From: Antedon mediterranea | Lineage: Eukaryota > Animalia > Echinodermata | Assembly (NCBI RefSeq): GCF_964355755.1 | Contig: NC_092672.1 | Location: 17,497,237 to 17,561,236, forward strand | Direction: 5' to 3' | Length of the DNA: 64,000 nucleotides | Shown here: in pieces, positions 26,501-41,526 of the stretch | Layout: the number at the start of each line of letters is the position of its first letter | Numbering within the stretch: position 1 is the first letter of the stretch | The notes under the pieces: generated by a model | What the model was told of the DNA's origin: nothing | Databases searched by the model: none | The model's input: only the letters and a program-made list of their open reading frames with translations | Translations under genes and position numbers: made by a program

Positions 26501-27250
26501 GTAATCTTCCCGTTTACATCAGGTACACGAACCTCATCACCATACACAGGAACCTTATCCTGAACATGTACTCGATGATCTTCGATATGTGCACACACAT
26601 CAACATGTGTATGTGCATTAACTTTACCATCCAATGAACTTGCAAGTCTAGCTCTCGGAGCCCTATCAATATCAAGGCTATCACTGAATACAGAACCTGC
26701 CTCACTATCAAACTTATCAAGCACTCTGCTTCTTGCTTCAAGGACGTCCACCTCTGTCTGTAGTCTCATCTCTTCTTCTTTCAATCTTAAACTTAACTTC
26801 TGAAGTTCTAATTGGTGCACGTTTCTAAGAGATGCTGCCCTGGCTTTAAGTTCAGCTCTTTTCTGCTCACTTCGTAGCCTTTCCGACACAGCCAAACTAT
26901 GCTGAGACGACCTTCTTGACACAATAGATCGAGGTGGATTGGGTCTCTTACTGGAAGCTATTCCAAACCATTCTTCCATTGAAGCCTTAAAATTGCCAAG
27001 CCAATTGCTTCTTTCATCATACCATTTAATTCTATAACTAACACGTTCCTCGTCAGACAACAGAGCATAATATTCATCATGCCTTTGGAGAAATTCTTCA
27101 TACATGCCCATCCATGCCTTATATTCATTTCTCATAACTTCCAAATCAGGATTACTCCCCTTCACATACTGAATACGTTCAGATTTTTCTTTAACGGCCT
27201 TAAAACTGTAAAACTTCTTAATTTGGCCTTTACATTCTCTCTTCACTGAG
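23520..27250 (-). mobile_element. BEL/Pao LTR retrotransposon A, internal gag-PR-RT fragment truncated at both ends
   Basis: Uninterrupted 1253-aa ORF with DUF1759-like FGGDPMEY, Zn knuckles CFGCLKPGH and CKKCQGHHPSVLH, protease FLDPGS, YIPHHGV/RVVFD, RT FYVDD, YDPLG; no integrase or LTR. Confidence 0.92.
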
Positions 27251-30200
27251 CATCTGGGGTTTGATTACCACTGTTTTAAAGGTGGTAACTTCTTCTTTTC
27301 TAATTTCCTTGTCGTTTTTAGGGTCAACAAGAGGAAATGATGATTCTTCTTCTTTATGCAAATGTTGAGGGCCAGTGAGCCAAGCACATGACTGAAATTC
27401 AACGTATCTAGTTCCATGATCTGCTGGATTTTGATCAGTTGGCACATAATTCCATTGATGTGGTTCACATACTAACAGCACCTTTTCGACTCTGTTGGCA
27501 ACATAAGTATGAAATCGTCTTGTAGTGTTGTTCAAGTACCCTAAGCATACCCTGCTGTCTGAATGGTATCTGAATAGTTCACTTGGAGGAAAGTGTAGTT
27601 CTGTGATGATGATTTTAGCTAGTTCTGTAGCACTACAGTAGAACAGAGTTCAAGACGAGGAATAGTATGTCCTTGTTTAGGAGCTATACGTGATATTCCA
27701 ATGAGGAATCCAACCTCGGTTCCGTGGATAGTGGTTGTTCGTAAGAATGCTACAGCTGCAACCGCTTGTTCTGAAGCATCACAGTACACATGCACCTTTG
27801 TATTTATCACATTATTTCTTAGACTTTTGTGGTAAGTTCTTTGGATTTTTAGTGATGCCAGCTTCTTCAGGCTTTCTTTCCATGCGTCCCACTTATGTTT
27901 CATCCCTTCTGGCAATGGGTCATCCCAGTCTAGTTTAAGATGCATGATCGTTCGGAATAGAACTCGTCCACGAACCAGCACAGGGAAAATGAAGCCCAAT
28001 GGGTCGTATATACTATTAATGGTAGCTAGAACGCCACGTTTTGTGAATGGCTTTTCTTCGGGGTTAATGTGGAATGTAAATACATCTTCAAATAGTCTCC
28101 ATTGTAAGCCTAGACTTCTTTGAATAGGAGCGCCTCCTTCTTCCACATTAAAATCTCTGATTTCTTTGGCAATGTCTTCTCGTTCAAAAGCATTCAACAC
28201 CTCTTGGATATTTGACGAAATTTTATGTAGGCGTACACCACCACTGGTCATCAATGCCTGTTGTGTTCGCTTCATTAAGGAGATTGTTGTAGCGTCGTCT
28301 TCACAAGATGTTAAGCCGTCGTCTACGTAAAAATTGTTATTCACAAAATCTACAACATCAGGGTCAGCTTCCTTGACAATTTCACGTAACCCATAGTTGG
28401 CAACTGCTGGTGAGGGCTTGTTCCCAAAGACATGCTTACACATCCTGTATTCTATCAGTGGTTTGCTTAGGTCGTTTTCTTCATACCAGAAAAACCTCAA
28501 AAAGTTCCTATGCTTTTCGACTACTCCAAAGCAATAGAACATGCTTTCTATATCACCACACACTGCTACGCCTTCTCTTCGGAAACGCATCAACACACCA
28601 ACTAGTCCGTTCGTTAAGTCTGGCCCTTTGAATAGAACTTGGTTCAGCGATACTCCCTGAAAGACGGCGGAAGAGTCAAACACACCTCTTATTTTCTCAA
28701 ATTTCTTAGGGTGGTAAACACCAAATAGAGGTAAGTACCAGCGTTCTTCGTGTGCTTTAAGTGGTGGTGCCTTTTCTGCATGTCCATTATCTAATACTCC
28801 TTTCATGAAGGCGATGAAGTGTTGTCTTTTGATACTATCCTTTTCAAGAGATTTGTGAAGTATCAGTGCTCTCTTCAATGCCTGTTCTCGGTTGTTAGGA
28901 AGTCTAGGTCTTGGTGTCCGAAAAGGTAATGGAGCAGTCCACTGTTTATCAGGATTTAACTTTCCTTCAGTCTCCATAATCTTTAAAAACTGCTTCTCTT
29001 CTCTTGAAAAACTTATTGTGTCTTCACCGCTGTCGAAAAGTTCATCCACTTTCACTTTGTTAGGACATGGGTCTAGTGTGGAAGGTTTTCCATTACTTTG
29101 GATTTTAACACTTGTTCTGCATGCTGATATAGAAGTGTTAGGTACATGCACCTCTCCAAGGCAGGTCTCACCTATGACAACCCAACCCAAATCAAGTCTT
29201 TGTCCCCAAGGTGCGTTGTCCGGACCATTTATCACTTCTCGCACCTTATGTACTTGTGGGGCATCACGGCCTAGAAGTATCAGCACGTACCTCAGCAGAC
29301 TTGTCGATAGATGGAATTTTTGCCGCGATGGATTCAAGATGTGGGAAAGCCATTGCAACTTCCGGTGTAGGGATTTCTGACTTATTTCCAGGAATTTCTT
29401 CACATTCAAGTAGGTTAGGTAGAATTATTTGAACCTCTCTGTTGATTGCTTCAAAATCCACAGATTGCAGTTTTCTACCTGTAGTTTTTTTTTCTCCATT
29501 ACAAGTTTTTATTCTATAGTTGATTAGTTCACCAGATATTTCGAGCAGGTCAAACATCTTGATAGCCACCAATGATTTGTTGCTTTGTTCGTCGATAAGT
29601 ACATATGTTTTTACTACCTTGTCAGGATTCTCTTTCAGGTACACATTAGCTAGAAATATCTTCGAGCACGATCTACTTACTCCTTCTCTGCCACAGATGT
29701 CCAGACAGCTAGGAGATAGATATTCAAGTTCGTTTGTGGCAGATGCATTCTTTCCAACCTGTTTAGGTGGTGTTGAGGTATTCTTTTCAACATTTTTAAC
29801 TTGTTTTGGTTGTACCGAGTCGTTCTTTTCAATATTTTTAACCTCTTGTTGAGGTGTCCTTTTGAGTATTCTTAGCCTTTTTAGGTGTGGTAGATGTATA
29901 TGTTTGATTGTGTAAAACATCTAAATGTCCTTCACTTTTACATATTTCACACTTCACTCTAGCTTTACATTCCTTTGCAAAATGAGACCTCCCTAGGCAT
30001 CGGAAGCATAATTTGTAGTCCTTAATAAGTTTCTTCTTTTCCAAGTATGATTTCGCTATGAACACCCTGCATTTCACCAATGGATGTTTTCCTTCATGCA
30101 GTGGGCACATACCATCATTAACATCTTTATTTGTAATATTTGTATTCTTTACATTCACCAATGGTCGTTGAGCTTTTGAGACACCTTCACCACTGTTCTT

Positions 30201-32356
30201 GTGATTAGCTGGCCTGCAGAAGCTAGGATCATTCCATATCTTAGAATATTTTTGAACAAACTTGAAATATACATTGAATGGTGGAAATAGAACTTTATGG
30301 TCCAACTTGTACTGTGAGCCTGTCATACACCATTTTTCTTGAAGATTGTTAGGAAGCTTTTCGACAAGCGGGTGCAAACCCCTTGCAGAGTCCAAGGCAG
30401 CTAGGCCTGGATATATACCTTCTTCTTTCATATACTGAATTTCATTCATCAGCTGGCTGAATAGCATTATTTTCTCAGCCTCCCATGTATTCATTTTAGG
30501 AAAAGTCTCTATTCTAGTCTGAATATCCTTCTCTAATGCTTCGGCTAAACCATACTTGTTGTCAAGAATCTCCCAAATCCGTTCTAATCTTAATTCTGGT
30601 CTGGAAATGTGTGAATTGTAAATTGAAATAGATAATTTGTGAGACTCACTACCCAGCCATTTCATTAAAAGTTCCAACTTTTGTGACGGTGTCAAGTTTA
30701 ATTCCATTGTGGTATTGTGGAAGGCTGCCTTCCATGCCCGGTAATGTGCTGCTTTTTCAGTAAACTTTCTTAGGCTGTTGTTTACCAACTCCTTCTTTAG
30801 GAGAGCATTACCTATCTGCGAAGCCGCCTCTATAACTGTCGTAGGTCTGCTAGATTTATCAGGTATCGAACCTTCTGGTGTAAGATTTAACGCTGGATTG
30901 GGATGAGGATTTTTCATAGCAAAGGCATCTGTAGCGCTAGGAGATGGCCAGGGCCCATCTATATCAGTATGATTGCCTGCTGAAGGCAAATTGTTGCTCT
31001 GCTTTGGTTACCAAGTTGCAGCATTAGGCAAGAGGCTATATGTAACTACAACTTCATTTTGCTCGTTCTTCGAGCATATGGAATCGTTATCAGTCAGATA
31101 TTGCATTACCCTTTCTTTCGGGTCATCTGTAGGAAGGTTAATTTCACTACCTGCCTTAGAATTTGCAGCTTCTTCTAGTGTAGCTGCTTCAGCTTCTGCT
31201 GCTGCTGCGTCCTTTTCAGCTTCCAACAACTGTATTTGGGCACTTTGCCGTTTCATTTCTGCCTCTTTAAATGCCATCCTTTGTCTAATCTGTGTTTGTT
31301 GGCGTGTGAAATCCAATTTCACTTTACTCGCTTCCGCCTTGGCACGAGCTTTCGATGCCAGAGAACTGGGGGATGAACATGAGCTGGAACTGGTGCTTCG
31401 TTTTGAACTCATCTTGTTTGGGGCGTCTTGCCCTTGTCCACTTTTTTCTTCACTATGTGTCACACCATAGCCTTCGTTGTATGGTTGACCTGACCGTGTT
31501 GTCATGATTAGTGATTAACGTCTGCCTGCAAGGTTTGGTGTAGATGTAATCGATGACCCTTTTTTACTGTCACGGAACTAATAAATAAACATTTATCACG
31601 CCGATCAGTATAACCAAGTCTTTATTCGTTTGTGTTTGTGTGTGTGTGGTAAAAAAGGATGTGAATCGACACCTCTTTCAATATCTTGCATAAAACATCC
31701 TAATAAATATAAACAACGTCTAGTTAGTGAAGAACTCATGTACATCAAGTAATAGTATAAGCACAAAAGGATCACCCACAATAAAACCCAGTTAAAGTAA
31801 CCCTGAGATCGAATTTACAAGACCATACCTGCTGTCATAGAAACCATAGAAACCTACGTGTGCAGGCCTAGGCAAACTTTATACAATTTATAAATGCCTG
31901 ATAACTGATAACATTTGTATCTAATTCGTTGATTATAATTAATACAATAAAATAACAATTCAGATCATATCAACCAAAACATTAATTTAAATGTAACGTT
32001 CGTACTATACGATCACAACTAGGCCTAGGTCAAGCAGTGTGGTAAACACAGAATACGCACATGGGTATTCTCGCTGAGAAATATCACTAAATACTCTACC
32101 AAATGTGGTAACTATAAAACCCAAATAAAGGTATAAGGTTCAGAGTAACATAATAAAACACCTATCAATACCTATAATGAACAATATCAAGTAAAACTAA
32201 TATATTCATACGTTTTGAGATGAAAACAATATTTGTGACTGCCGAGCCGCCATTAACACTTATCGAACAGTGGAGACAAACTATAGAGGGCGGTACGCAT
32301 AACAAATTATCAATCGCGAACAGCACAGTAACGGTGACGGTAAGAAAGCCATTACA
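27251..32356 (-). mobile_element. BEL/Pao element B: 5' LTR plus frameshifted gag-PR-RT-RNaseH, cut before integrase
   Basis: ORFs 31008-31505, 29838-30989 (CFRCLGRSH), 29264-29920 (LIDEQS), 27619-29409 (FYVDD, YCDAS, TIPRLEL), 27230-27535 (YVANRV, NPADHGTR). Confidence 0.9.
31568..32356 (-). repeat. 5' LTR of BEL/Pao element B (~790 bp)
   Basis: Minus strand begins TGTAATGG at 32356 and ends GTGACA at 31568, followed by GTAAAAAAGG; the Copia gag frame starts immediately outside it. Confidence 0.65.
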
Positions 32357-35300
32357 ATACTCCAAGAACATTACCAAGCAAACACCAAACCACGAATTGT
32401 ATCGTTGTATATGAAATTAATTAATATCCAAATGGAGAAGGGGGAAAGTGTAACTGGATACATCATAAGAGCGGAAAAATTAATTGGAGCTCTCGAAAGA
32501 GCGAAGGAAGCACCAGGCGAAAAACTCTTAATCTCTATACTCCTAAAGGGATTACCGACCCAGAAATTTAAACCGTTTTCGATCCATATTACACAATCTA
32601 ACGACGATATTTCCCTGAGAAAATTCAAAGCTGCATTAAGAGGATTTGAAGAAACCGAGTGTTTTGATGAACCAGACGACACGGGCCTAGGCCTAGAGAA
32701 AGCTGAGGACACAGTCATGAAAATAACAAACCTATCATGTTATGGTTGCGGCTCTACCAAACACTTAGTAAAGCAGTGTGATAAGCGATGCAAATACCAT
32801 AAAGGAACAAAACACCTGGAAGATGATTGCTACAGGCATTCAAAAGACAAAGTTAAAACAAACCACACCTACCATTTTTGCGTTAGTGAGTCGAGCAAGA
32901 AAGATGCCATCATTGTGGACACAGGACCCACCTCGCACGCAATCAACAAGGACACGTTCATAAAAATTGACCCAAATTTTAAACCGACTCATCACTGCAT
33001 CGAACTGGCCGACGGAACCAAAATGAAGGGAAGCACTATAATATAAAGAGAGGAGACGCAGAAATAAACATCATCAACAACAAAGGCGAAAATGTGAGGG
33101 CAACACTCTCAAACGCCCTCTATTGTCCAACCTACCCACAGAGCATCTTTAGCGTGAAACGGGCCACAGAAAACGGGGCAGAACTAACATTTAAAGAGGA
33201 AGGTAGTTGGATGAAGAAAGGCAGCTCAACATTTGACCTTGAAGTCGCAGATGGTCTTTACCGTCTGAAAGTAGGTGAAAACACAGACAAAATGAACTTC
33301 TCTATTGACCATTGGCACAAAGTATTGGGACACTGCAACAAAAAGGACATACTTAACCTTGAAAATGTTGTAGATGGAATGAAAATTGATAAACTACCAA
33401 ATAATGAATCTACATGTGATGTATGCATTAAAGGCAAATTTACAAACTCCCGAAACAGGGAAGCCGACAAAAAGGCAAATTACCCATTAGAATTAATCCA
33501 CACAGACCTAGCCGGACCAATAGATCCGATTGGGAAGGATGGGTTTAAATATTCTATAACATTTGTTGACGACTATTCAGGTATAACATCTGTTTATCTT
33601 CTCAGGTACAAGAGTGACGCCAAGATAGCTTTAACCCAATTCCTGACTGATTGTTCCCCGATTGGTAAAGTCAAGCGACTAAGATGTGATAATGGTGGCG
33701 AGTTCACCAGCCATGATTTCACTACAATTTTAAGAAACCAAGGTATTAAACCAGAATTCTCATCCCCTGAATCCCCTCACAACCACCAAAATGGGACGGC
33801 TGAAAGATCATGGCGCACATTATTTGAAATGGCCCGATGCCTCATAATAGAGGCTCATCTCCCTAAACACCTATGGACGTACGCCATAAAAACAGCGGCT
33901 TACATCAGAAATAGATGCTTTAACAATAGGCTAAAGAAAACCCCTTTCGAGGCTTTCACAGGGACCAAACCAAATTTAGCCAAAATGAACATATTCGGCT
34001 CCCTATGTTATGCATATATCCACGGAACAAAGACATTAGATTCGAAATGTAAACAAGAAATTTTCGTCGGATATGACACCATAAGCCCAGCATACCTAGT
34101 GTAGGCCTATTACCCAAATGAAGACAAAGTCCAAAGGGTCAGGCTCATTAAAATGGCACCAAAATCCCAAAATAATCAAGAAACTCAAACATCAGATGAT
34201 CATGAAACCGAAGATGAAATTCCTAACATAAATAAAACCGGGACACAAAACCCTACCCAAAACGAAACAACAATTGAAGAAAATGTAGTAATTGAAAACC
34301 ACACATCAGATCAGAGTCCGACTGAATCTGAGAATACCCAACAAAATGACCAGACCAAAAGATACCCACAAAGAAAAAGGGAACCACCCAGCTACTTACA
34401 GAATTATGAAACCAATTTCGAGGGCGAGGACTCTGTATTCAATGTTAAAGAAACCTTTGGTAAAATCCCAACCACATACACTGAAGCCATAACATCAGAG
34501 CACTCAAATAACTGGAGGGTGGCCATGGAAAATGAGATGAAAGCTTTAGAAGAAAATGAAACCTTTAAGTTGGTGAAATTACTTAGGGATAAAAACGTAG
34601 TGGGCGGAAGATGGGTGTTTAATATTAAAGAAGCAGCCCAAGGCAATAAGTCCTACAAAGCCAGATTTGTTGCAAAAGGTTACAACCAAATAGAGGGGGT
34701 GGATTATTTTGAAACCTTTTCCCCCACTGCGAACATGACTTCCGTACGCATGCTCATGCAAATTGCAGTACAGAAAGAACTTATCGGCCATCAAATGGAC
34801 GTCAGTACCGCCTACCTAAATGCTAACATAGATACAGAAATTTTCATAAGACAACCTGTAGGGTATGTGGTAAAATCCGAGGATGGCGATGAACTTGTTT
34901 GGAGGTTGGAAAAATCACTCTACGGGCTGAAACAATCAGGCAGGAATTGGAACAAGCTTCTCCATGATCATTTGGTCAACGAAGGTTTCGAAAGAAACAC
35001 TGCAGACCACTGTTTGTATTTTAAATGTATTAAGGATAAGATTATCTATGTTTTAGTTTGGGTAGATGACCTCCTAATTGCAGCCTCAAACGCAGAGGTC
35101 ATGAATCACTTCAAAGACTCTATGAAACGTCAATTTAAAATGAAGGATTTAAATGAAGTATCCTACTTTCTTGGCATAGACTTTGTACTGGAAAAGAGTG
35201 GGATATCAATGAACCAAAATAGATATATCATGAAAATATTAGATAAGTTTTCTATGTCAGATTGCAAACCCAGAACCACCCCATGTGAAATCAAAATTGA

Positions 35301-36425
35301 TACTTACAATCAAACTGATAAAGTTGATCCAAATAAGTACAGAGAAATCATTGGTAGTTTGATATACCTATCCACATGTACCAGACCCGACATTGCATGG
35401 GGGAAAGTTATCCCAGAACCTAGCTGACCCCAAGTTAGAAGACCTTATTACTGCCAAGCATGTGCTTAGATATCTAAAGGGAACTGCTAATTACAGACTA
35501 ACTTATAGAAAGGCTATTTCTGACAAATTCAGATTATTTTGGCTACAGTGACTCTGATTGGGCAAATTCAAATGACCGAAGAAGTACCACAGGGTACTGC
35601 TTCTATATGAGTGAGGGCAGCGCCCCAATTTCATGGAGAACCAAACGACAGCCCACTGTTGACCTTTCGACATGTGAGGCTGAGTATATGGCCCTAGGAG
35701 CTACTACACAGGAAGCCCTGTACCTCCTAGAATTGTTAAAGGGTTCTATGATTAATGAAGTATCAAAGGTCCTCATAATGGGAGATAACCAAGTAGACAA
35801 GTTCTATTTCCTCTGAAATATGGTGTAAGAAGCATTTTTTGGGTAGAAGCTGGGATCCACTTGATTTAGGATATTTCGACCTCGCTGATTATGAATATGG
35901 AGGATCCCAAGCGAAATTCGATCCGCCATCTAAGCCCTTAATTTGCATAATTAAAAATGGCGGCCATTTTTTATAATTACCCTATATCTCGAGAACCACT
36001 AGTCACAGATAATTAATTTTGGTCTCAAAATGTTTTAAATATATGTTTTTATATTCACTTTAATGACACATTTTCTCAAAAAATGGATGCAAGTCTTATT
36101 TCTGACATTTTGACCTTTGACCTTGATTTATCGTATCTCAGTGCTCAAATTGTTCAGAAACTATACATTCATATTTATTATAATGAAATGTTTTTAGAAA
36201 AAATGGCCGATTCTACAATTATTGACCTTTGAACTATTAGTCAAATATAATATAATATTAATAATAATATAACTTCGAAAATTGTGGTCTTATGAAATTT
36301 TTTTTCTTTTTAAATTGTTTAAAACATGTGTGTTTCTATCCAGTCTAATGGGCACATTTTGTACAAGAATGGCCGATAGTATGGTTATTGACCTTTAAAC
36401 TACAGCATAGGCCTACTGTATACTA

Positions 36426-39400
36426 TACAATTTTTGACAACATGGCATGTGAATGAATGGTTAGTCGTAGCAGCTCCGCTAAATATCCTCTAAAACGTTA
36501 CTAATATCTAACTATCATCAAGTCTAAGTATATTTGAACTGTGAGTATTTCATTTGTAGTATACCACATCTTAATTACACGGTGAAATTTTAAGTTAGAA
36601 TGCCAAAAAAGAAGGAAATGGTCTTAGCCCCAACATCACCTGAGCCACCAATACTGGAAGCCGCTGTCGCCGAAACGGACACAGAGCTATTGAGGGGTGA
36701 ACTTGTAGGACTAACAACAGATCTGCGCGGTATTCGTGACCAGCTGGATTCGGTCTTGCGTAACCAACAAACCATGCTTACGAGGATGGACACACACACA
36801 AAAATCAATTGAAGTCGCATGTGCTTCAATATCGGATTTAAAAAATAAAACTGCTACTTTAGATGCGAACATTAAAGATGTTTCGGCTGATGTTGGAAAT
36901 GAAAAATTGAAGTTGTCAACGATGCAAAAACAACTGAATAAGCTCGAACGGCACTCAAGATCTTACAACTTGCAATTCGGCGGTCTTCCAGAACATGATC
37001 ATGAAAATGCTATAGTGAAAATTACAGATTTGATTGAAAAAGAACTAAATATACCAGACATCAAAATTGAAAACGCTCATCGTATATGAAGGCCCCGTAC
37101 ACCGAATGAAACATCAAGACATATTATCGTACGGTTCGTATACCGTTCTCAACGTAATCAAGTCTTTACACAAGCGAGGTCACTATTTAAAAATACCAGT
37201 AAATTTGTCATTGATGATCTCAGTGAATCAGACTTAAAGAAAAAAAGAGGCTTGAGAGAAGTGATGACCAAGGCATATGAAGAAGGGAAGTGACCTACTT
37301 TCAGAAATGGTAACCTCTATATCAATGGTCAGTTGTATGGCTAACTTTAATTGTATACATTATCCTGAGAAGTAATGATCACGGCCTATGAAAAGGGGAA
37401 GCAACCAACTTTCAGAAATGGTACCTCTATGAATGTTAATGGTTTGTTGTATGGCAACCAACTTTAATTGCACATATTTTGTAACTGCTTTCTTTTAATT
37501 TCTTAAATGTTTAATTGGCGGAGCATGCTACTATTTAATTTTTTTCCTAAACATGTCAGAAAGAAAATACTTTATTATATATCTTATTTTATTTATTATT
37601 ATTTTTTATCTATTTATTATTTACTCCAAAAAAATGCTAACACAATGTATTATAAATATCTTAAATATTAATATTACTATGCATATATATTATGATTGAT
37701 TTTAACATTACTAATTCATACCTTGATTATGACGCATTTGATGATCAAGGGTTTTTTCCTTTAAATTGTGAATACCTCACTGAACACAAATTTCATGAAC
37801 ATTTTGCATCGGATACAAACCAAATTTCATTACTACACTTCAATATCCGTAGTATGAATACAAATTTTGACCACCTCTATAATTCTTTTTTATCACATAT
37901 TGATTCTGCTCCTACAATTGTTGGTCTCACAGAGACTTGGCTATCTGATTCTTCACATAACCTTTACTCACTCCCTGGCTATAATTTGTTAACAAACAGT
38001 AGACCTGGCGATCAACGTGGAGGTGGTGTAGCAATATACTTGCCTTCTACCTTCGATTGCCAAGAATTATCTGAATTACAATTTATGAATGACATATTGG
38101 AATCTATTTTTGTAGAAATCAGATGTCCTAATAAAAAAAATATTGTCGTTGGAGTCGTGTACAGACCACCACAAAGTAACATATCATTATTTAACACTGA
38201 AATTGAAAACATTCTCTCACATCAAGCATTAACAAATAAAAATGTGTTTATTATGGGCGATTTTAATTTAAATTTACTACATCACGATGAAAATTCACGC
38301 ATTAGTGAATTTCTAGATACATTAATTTCATTTTCACTTATTCCACTTATTACTAAACCCACACGTGTAACTAATACTTCATCTACGTTACTTGACAATA
38401 TTTTTAGCAATATCCACCCTTTCCCGGTCTCGGGAATTATTGTATCCGATATATCGGATCATTTTCCGATATTTGCAAAAACCTCGCTAACGGTTAATCA
38501 ACGTTGTAACTGTCATTGTAATAAGACAATCTACTCTTTTAATCCCCAATCGTTGGCTCACTTTTTGCTCACGTTTGGCAAACTCTGATTGGCAATTAGT
38601 TCTAGATGAAAATGACGCTAACAAGTCTTTTGATGTATTTATGGAAAGACTTAAATTTCTTCAAAATGAATGTTTTAGTCAAAGGGCAAGTCGTGTCAGA
38701 AGTCGTAAAAAAATCCCTCGTATGCCATGGATATCAAGGTCTATATTAAAATCAATAAATAAGAAGAACAAACGTTTTTATAAATTTAAAATTTCTAAAA
38801 CACTCGAATCTAAGACGAAATATAACAAATATAAAAATATTCTTCTAAGAAAGACTATTTTTTCGGTCAATTTCAATCCGTATACAATGATATAAGAGGA
38901 ACGTGGAAAGTGATAAATTATGTATTGAATCCCGATCAAAGTCGCAAAGCGATCGGAAAATTAAAAATTAATGGTCAAACTATCGATGACAAACAGATCA
39001 TAGTTGAACACCTCAATGAATATTTCTCAAATATTGGCACTTCCTTAGCACAATCGATTCCAACTACAAACAAATCTTTTCATAGTTATATGAATGATCC
39101 GAATAAAAACAGTATTTTTTTCGTTCCAATAACGGAAATGGACGTTATTGATAGTGTAAATACCCTTAAGAAAAAAAAAGTCCTGGATTTGATGGAATAA
39201 GCAATGATTTAATTAAAAGCATTATTCCCAACATTGTAACGCCTTTAACTCATATATATAATCTTTCAATATGTAACGGGTTTGTCCCTAAAAGAATGAA
39301 AATTGCGAAAGTAATTCCTTTATTAAAGAAAGGAAGTCCTCAAGAAGCATCAAATTACCGACCAATTTCACTATTGACATCATTTTCTAAAATTTTAGAA

Positions 39401-40927
39401 AAGCTTGTATATATGCGCACTTTACATTTTTTAAACCAGTGTAATATTTTTTCAAACATTCAATTTGGATTTAGAGAAAAGCACACTACGTCACTTGCCA
39501 TTTTACACTTCGTTGACATGATTACATCAGCCTTAGATAATCATATGCATACAATTGGTATTTTCCTCGATTACTCCAAAGCTTTCGATACTGTTAATCA
39601 TGAAATCTTACTGCATAAATTATCAAACTATGGAATTAGAGGGGTGGCTCAAAAATGGTTTAGAAGTTACCTTTCTGATAGGCAACAATTTGTATCATTA
39701 AATAATTTTGAATCAAGCTGCAGACCTGTTACATGTGGTGTCTCCCAGGGTTCGATTCTGGGCCCACTTCTCTTCATAATTTATGCAAATGATTTCAATA
39801 ATATATCTAATGTCATGTCGTCAATACTGTTTGCGGATGATTCAAGTCTGTTTTATTCATATGATGATCCAGATAGTCTCTGTGACATCGTTAATCAAGA
39901 ACTAAAAAAGGTTACTACTTGGATACATGCAAACAAGCTATCACTAAATATGCTAAAAACCAATTTTATGTTGTTTAGTAACAAATATAGTATGTTACCA
40001 AAAGATATTATTTTCAACAATGTTCCTATTAATCAAATAACCAACACAAAATTTCTTGGTATATTTATTGACGACAGACTTGACTGGAAAGCCCATGTTA
40101 ATTACCTTTGCAAATTATTATCAAAAATTGTTGGCATGATGTATAAATTGAAATCAATATTTCCTCAAAAAGTATTAAATATTTTATATTCTACTCTTAT
40201 TTTATCGTACTTAAATTATGGTGTTCTTGCTTGGGGAAATGCTTCAAAATCAATTATTACTAAAATTTTATTAATCCAGAAACGAGCTGTCAGAATTATC
40301 TCAGGGGTAACTTTTCGTGCTCACACCCAAGATCTCTTTCAAAAAAATAAAATATTAAAAATTGAGGATCTCTATAGATTTAATGTTGGTGTCATCATGT
40401 TTCAATTAACCGCCGGACACTTACCACCTATAATATCCAGTAAATTCACTCAAAATAAACAATACCACACCCACCAAACAAGACAAAAGGATCAGTATCA
40501 CCTGCCATTTACTCGAACTAGACTTAAAATGAATACCCTTGTATATACTGGACCTAAACTCTGGAATTCTCTTCCTTTATCTCTTAAAAAATCTCATAAC
40601 TGTGCTTTATTTAAACGTCTATTTAAACTATTATTGGTTGAAGGTTCTTTGTAAATTCTTTTATTATTGATATATTTGATATTTCTTAAATAATTTATAT
40701 AATCTATTTTTTACTTGTTTTTTTAGTTTTAAACATGTTAAACTTATGTGTTAGAGAAAAGATATTAGTTTAATTGTCGTTTTTTTGGAGTTTCTAATTG
40801 TGTTATATTATGTATATTTTATTTGTTTTGTTTTGAGAAGCCTATTCACCACAAGCTTTGCTTTCTTTTAGGCTCCTCCACTTTATATTGATATATTTGT
40901 AAAGTGAAATAAATAAATGAAATGAAA
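36426..40927 (+). mobile_element. Near full-length CR1-group LINE (Crack/Daphne-like), frameshifted
   Basis: ORF1 ~36600-37345 (coiled coil, LERHSRSYNL.FGGLPE, IENAHRI); ORF2 37692-40654 with APE (LTETWL, VYRPP, MGDFN, SDH) and RT (NYRPISLL, DYSKAFD, QGSILGP, FADD); 3' hairpin and (AAATG)n tail. Confidence 0.92.
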
Positions 40928-40999
40928 ATAATTATAATATAATTGCATAACTATGAAATTATTTATACACAATAATAATTAGTAAAATTATAAAATTCA

Positions 41000-41510
41000 C
41001 TGCCATCAAATATTATGTGTTATGATTTATACAGAATAAAAAAAAATTGAACACGCAAGTTACATTTGTTGAAATTTGAAATTTGAAATTACCTGCCATC
41101 AATATGATGGAGTATGATTATAGATTTTTTTTAATGTGAACATGTCAGCTACCTTTGGAAATTACCTGCTATCAATATGATGGATTATGATAATAGATTT
41201 AAAAAAGAATTTGAGCATGTAAGCTACATTTGAAAATTACCTGCCATCAATATGATGGATTATGATTATAGATTTTAAAAAGAATTTGAACACGTCAGCT
41301 ACATTTGGAAATTTGGAAATTACCTGCCATCAATATGATGGATTATGATAGTACCTGCCATCAATATGATGGTTTGCGGTTATAGATTTAAAAAAGAATT
41401 TGAACACGTCAGCTACATTTGGAAATTTGGAAATTACCTGCCATCAATATGATGGATTATGATTGTATAGGTTTGAAAGAAAATGTGAACACGTAAGCTA
41501 CATTTGGAAT
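41000..41510. repeat. ~60-75 bp minisatellite in foldback 2 (inverted copy at ~43660-43995)
   Basis: Repeated AATTACCTGCCATCAATATGATGGATTATGAT...CAGCTACATTTGGAAA units. Confidence 0.85.
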
Positions 41511-41526
41511 GAACATGTTAAGGGCA

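Noticed and set aside
24731-31470. Plus-strand ORFs of 60-165 aa
   Set aside because: Antisense shadows of the BEL/Pao polyprotein frames.
41000-41510. Regular repeats with an internal hairpin (CCATCAATATGATGG) resembling a CRISPR array
   Set aside because: The intervening sequences are also repeated, there are no cas genes, and the context is a eukaryotic transposon arm.
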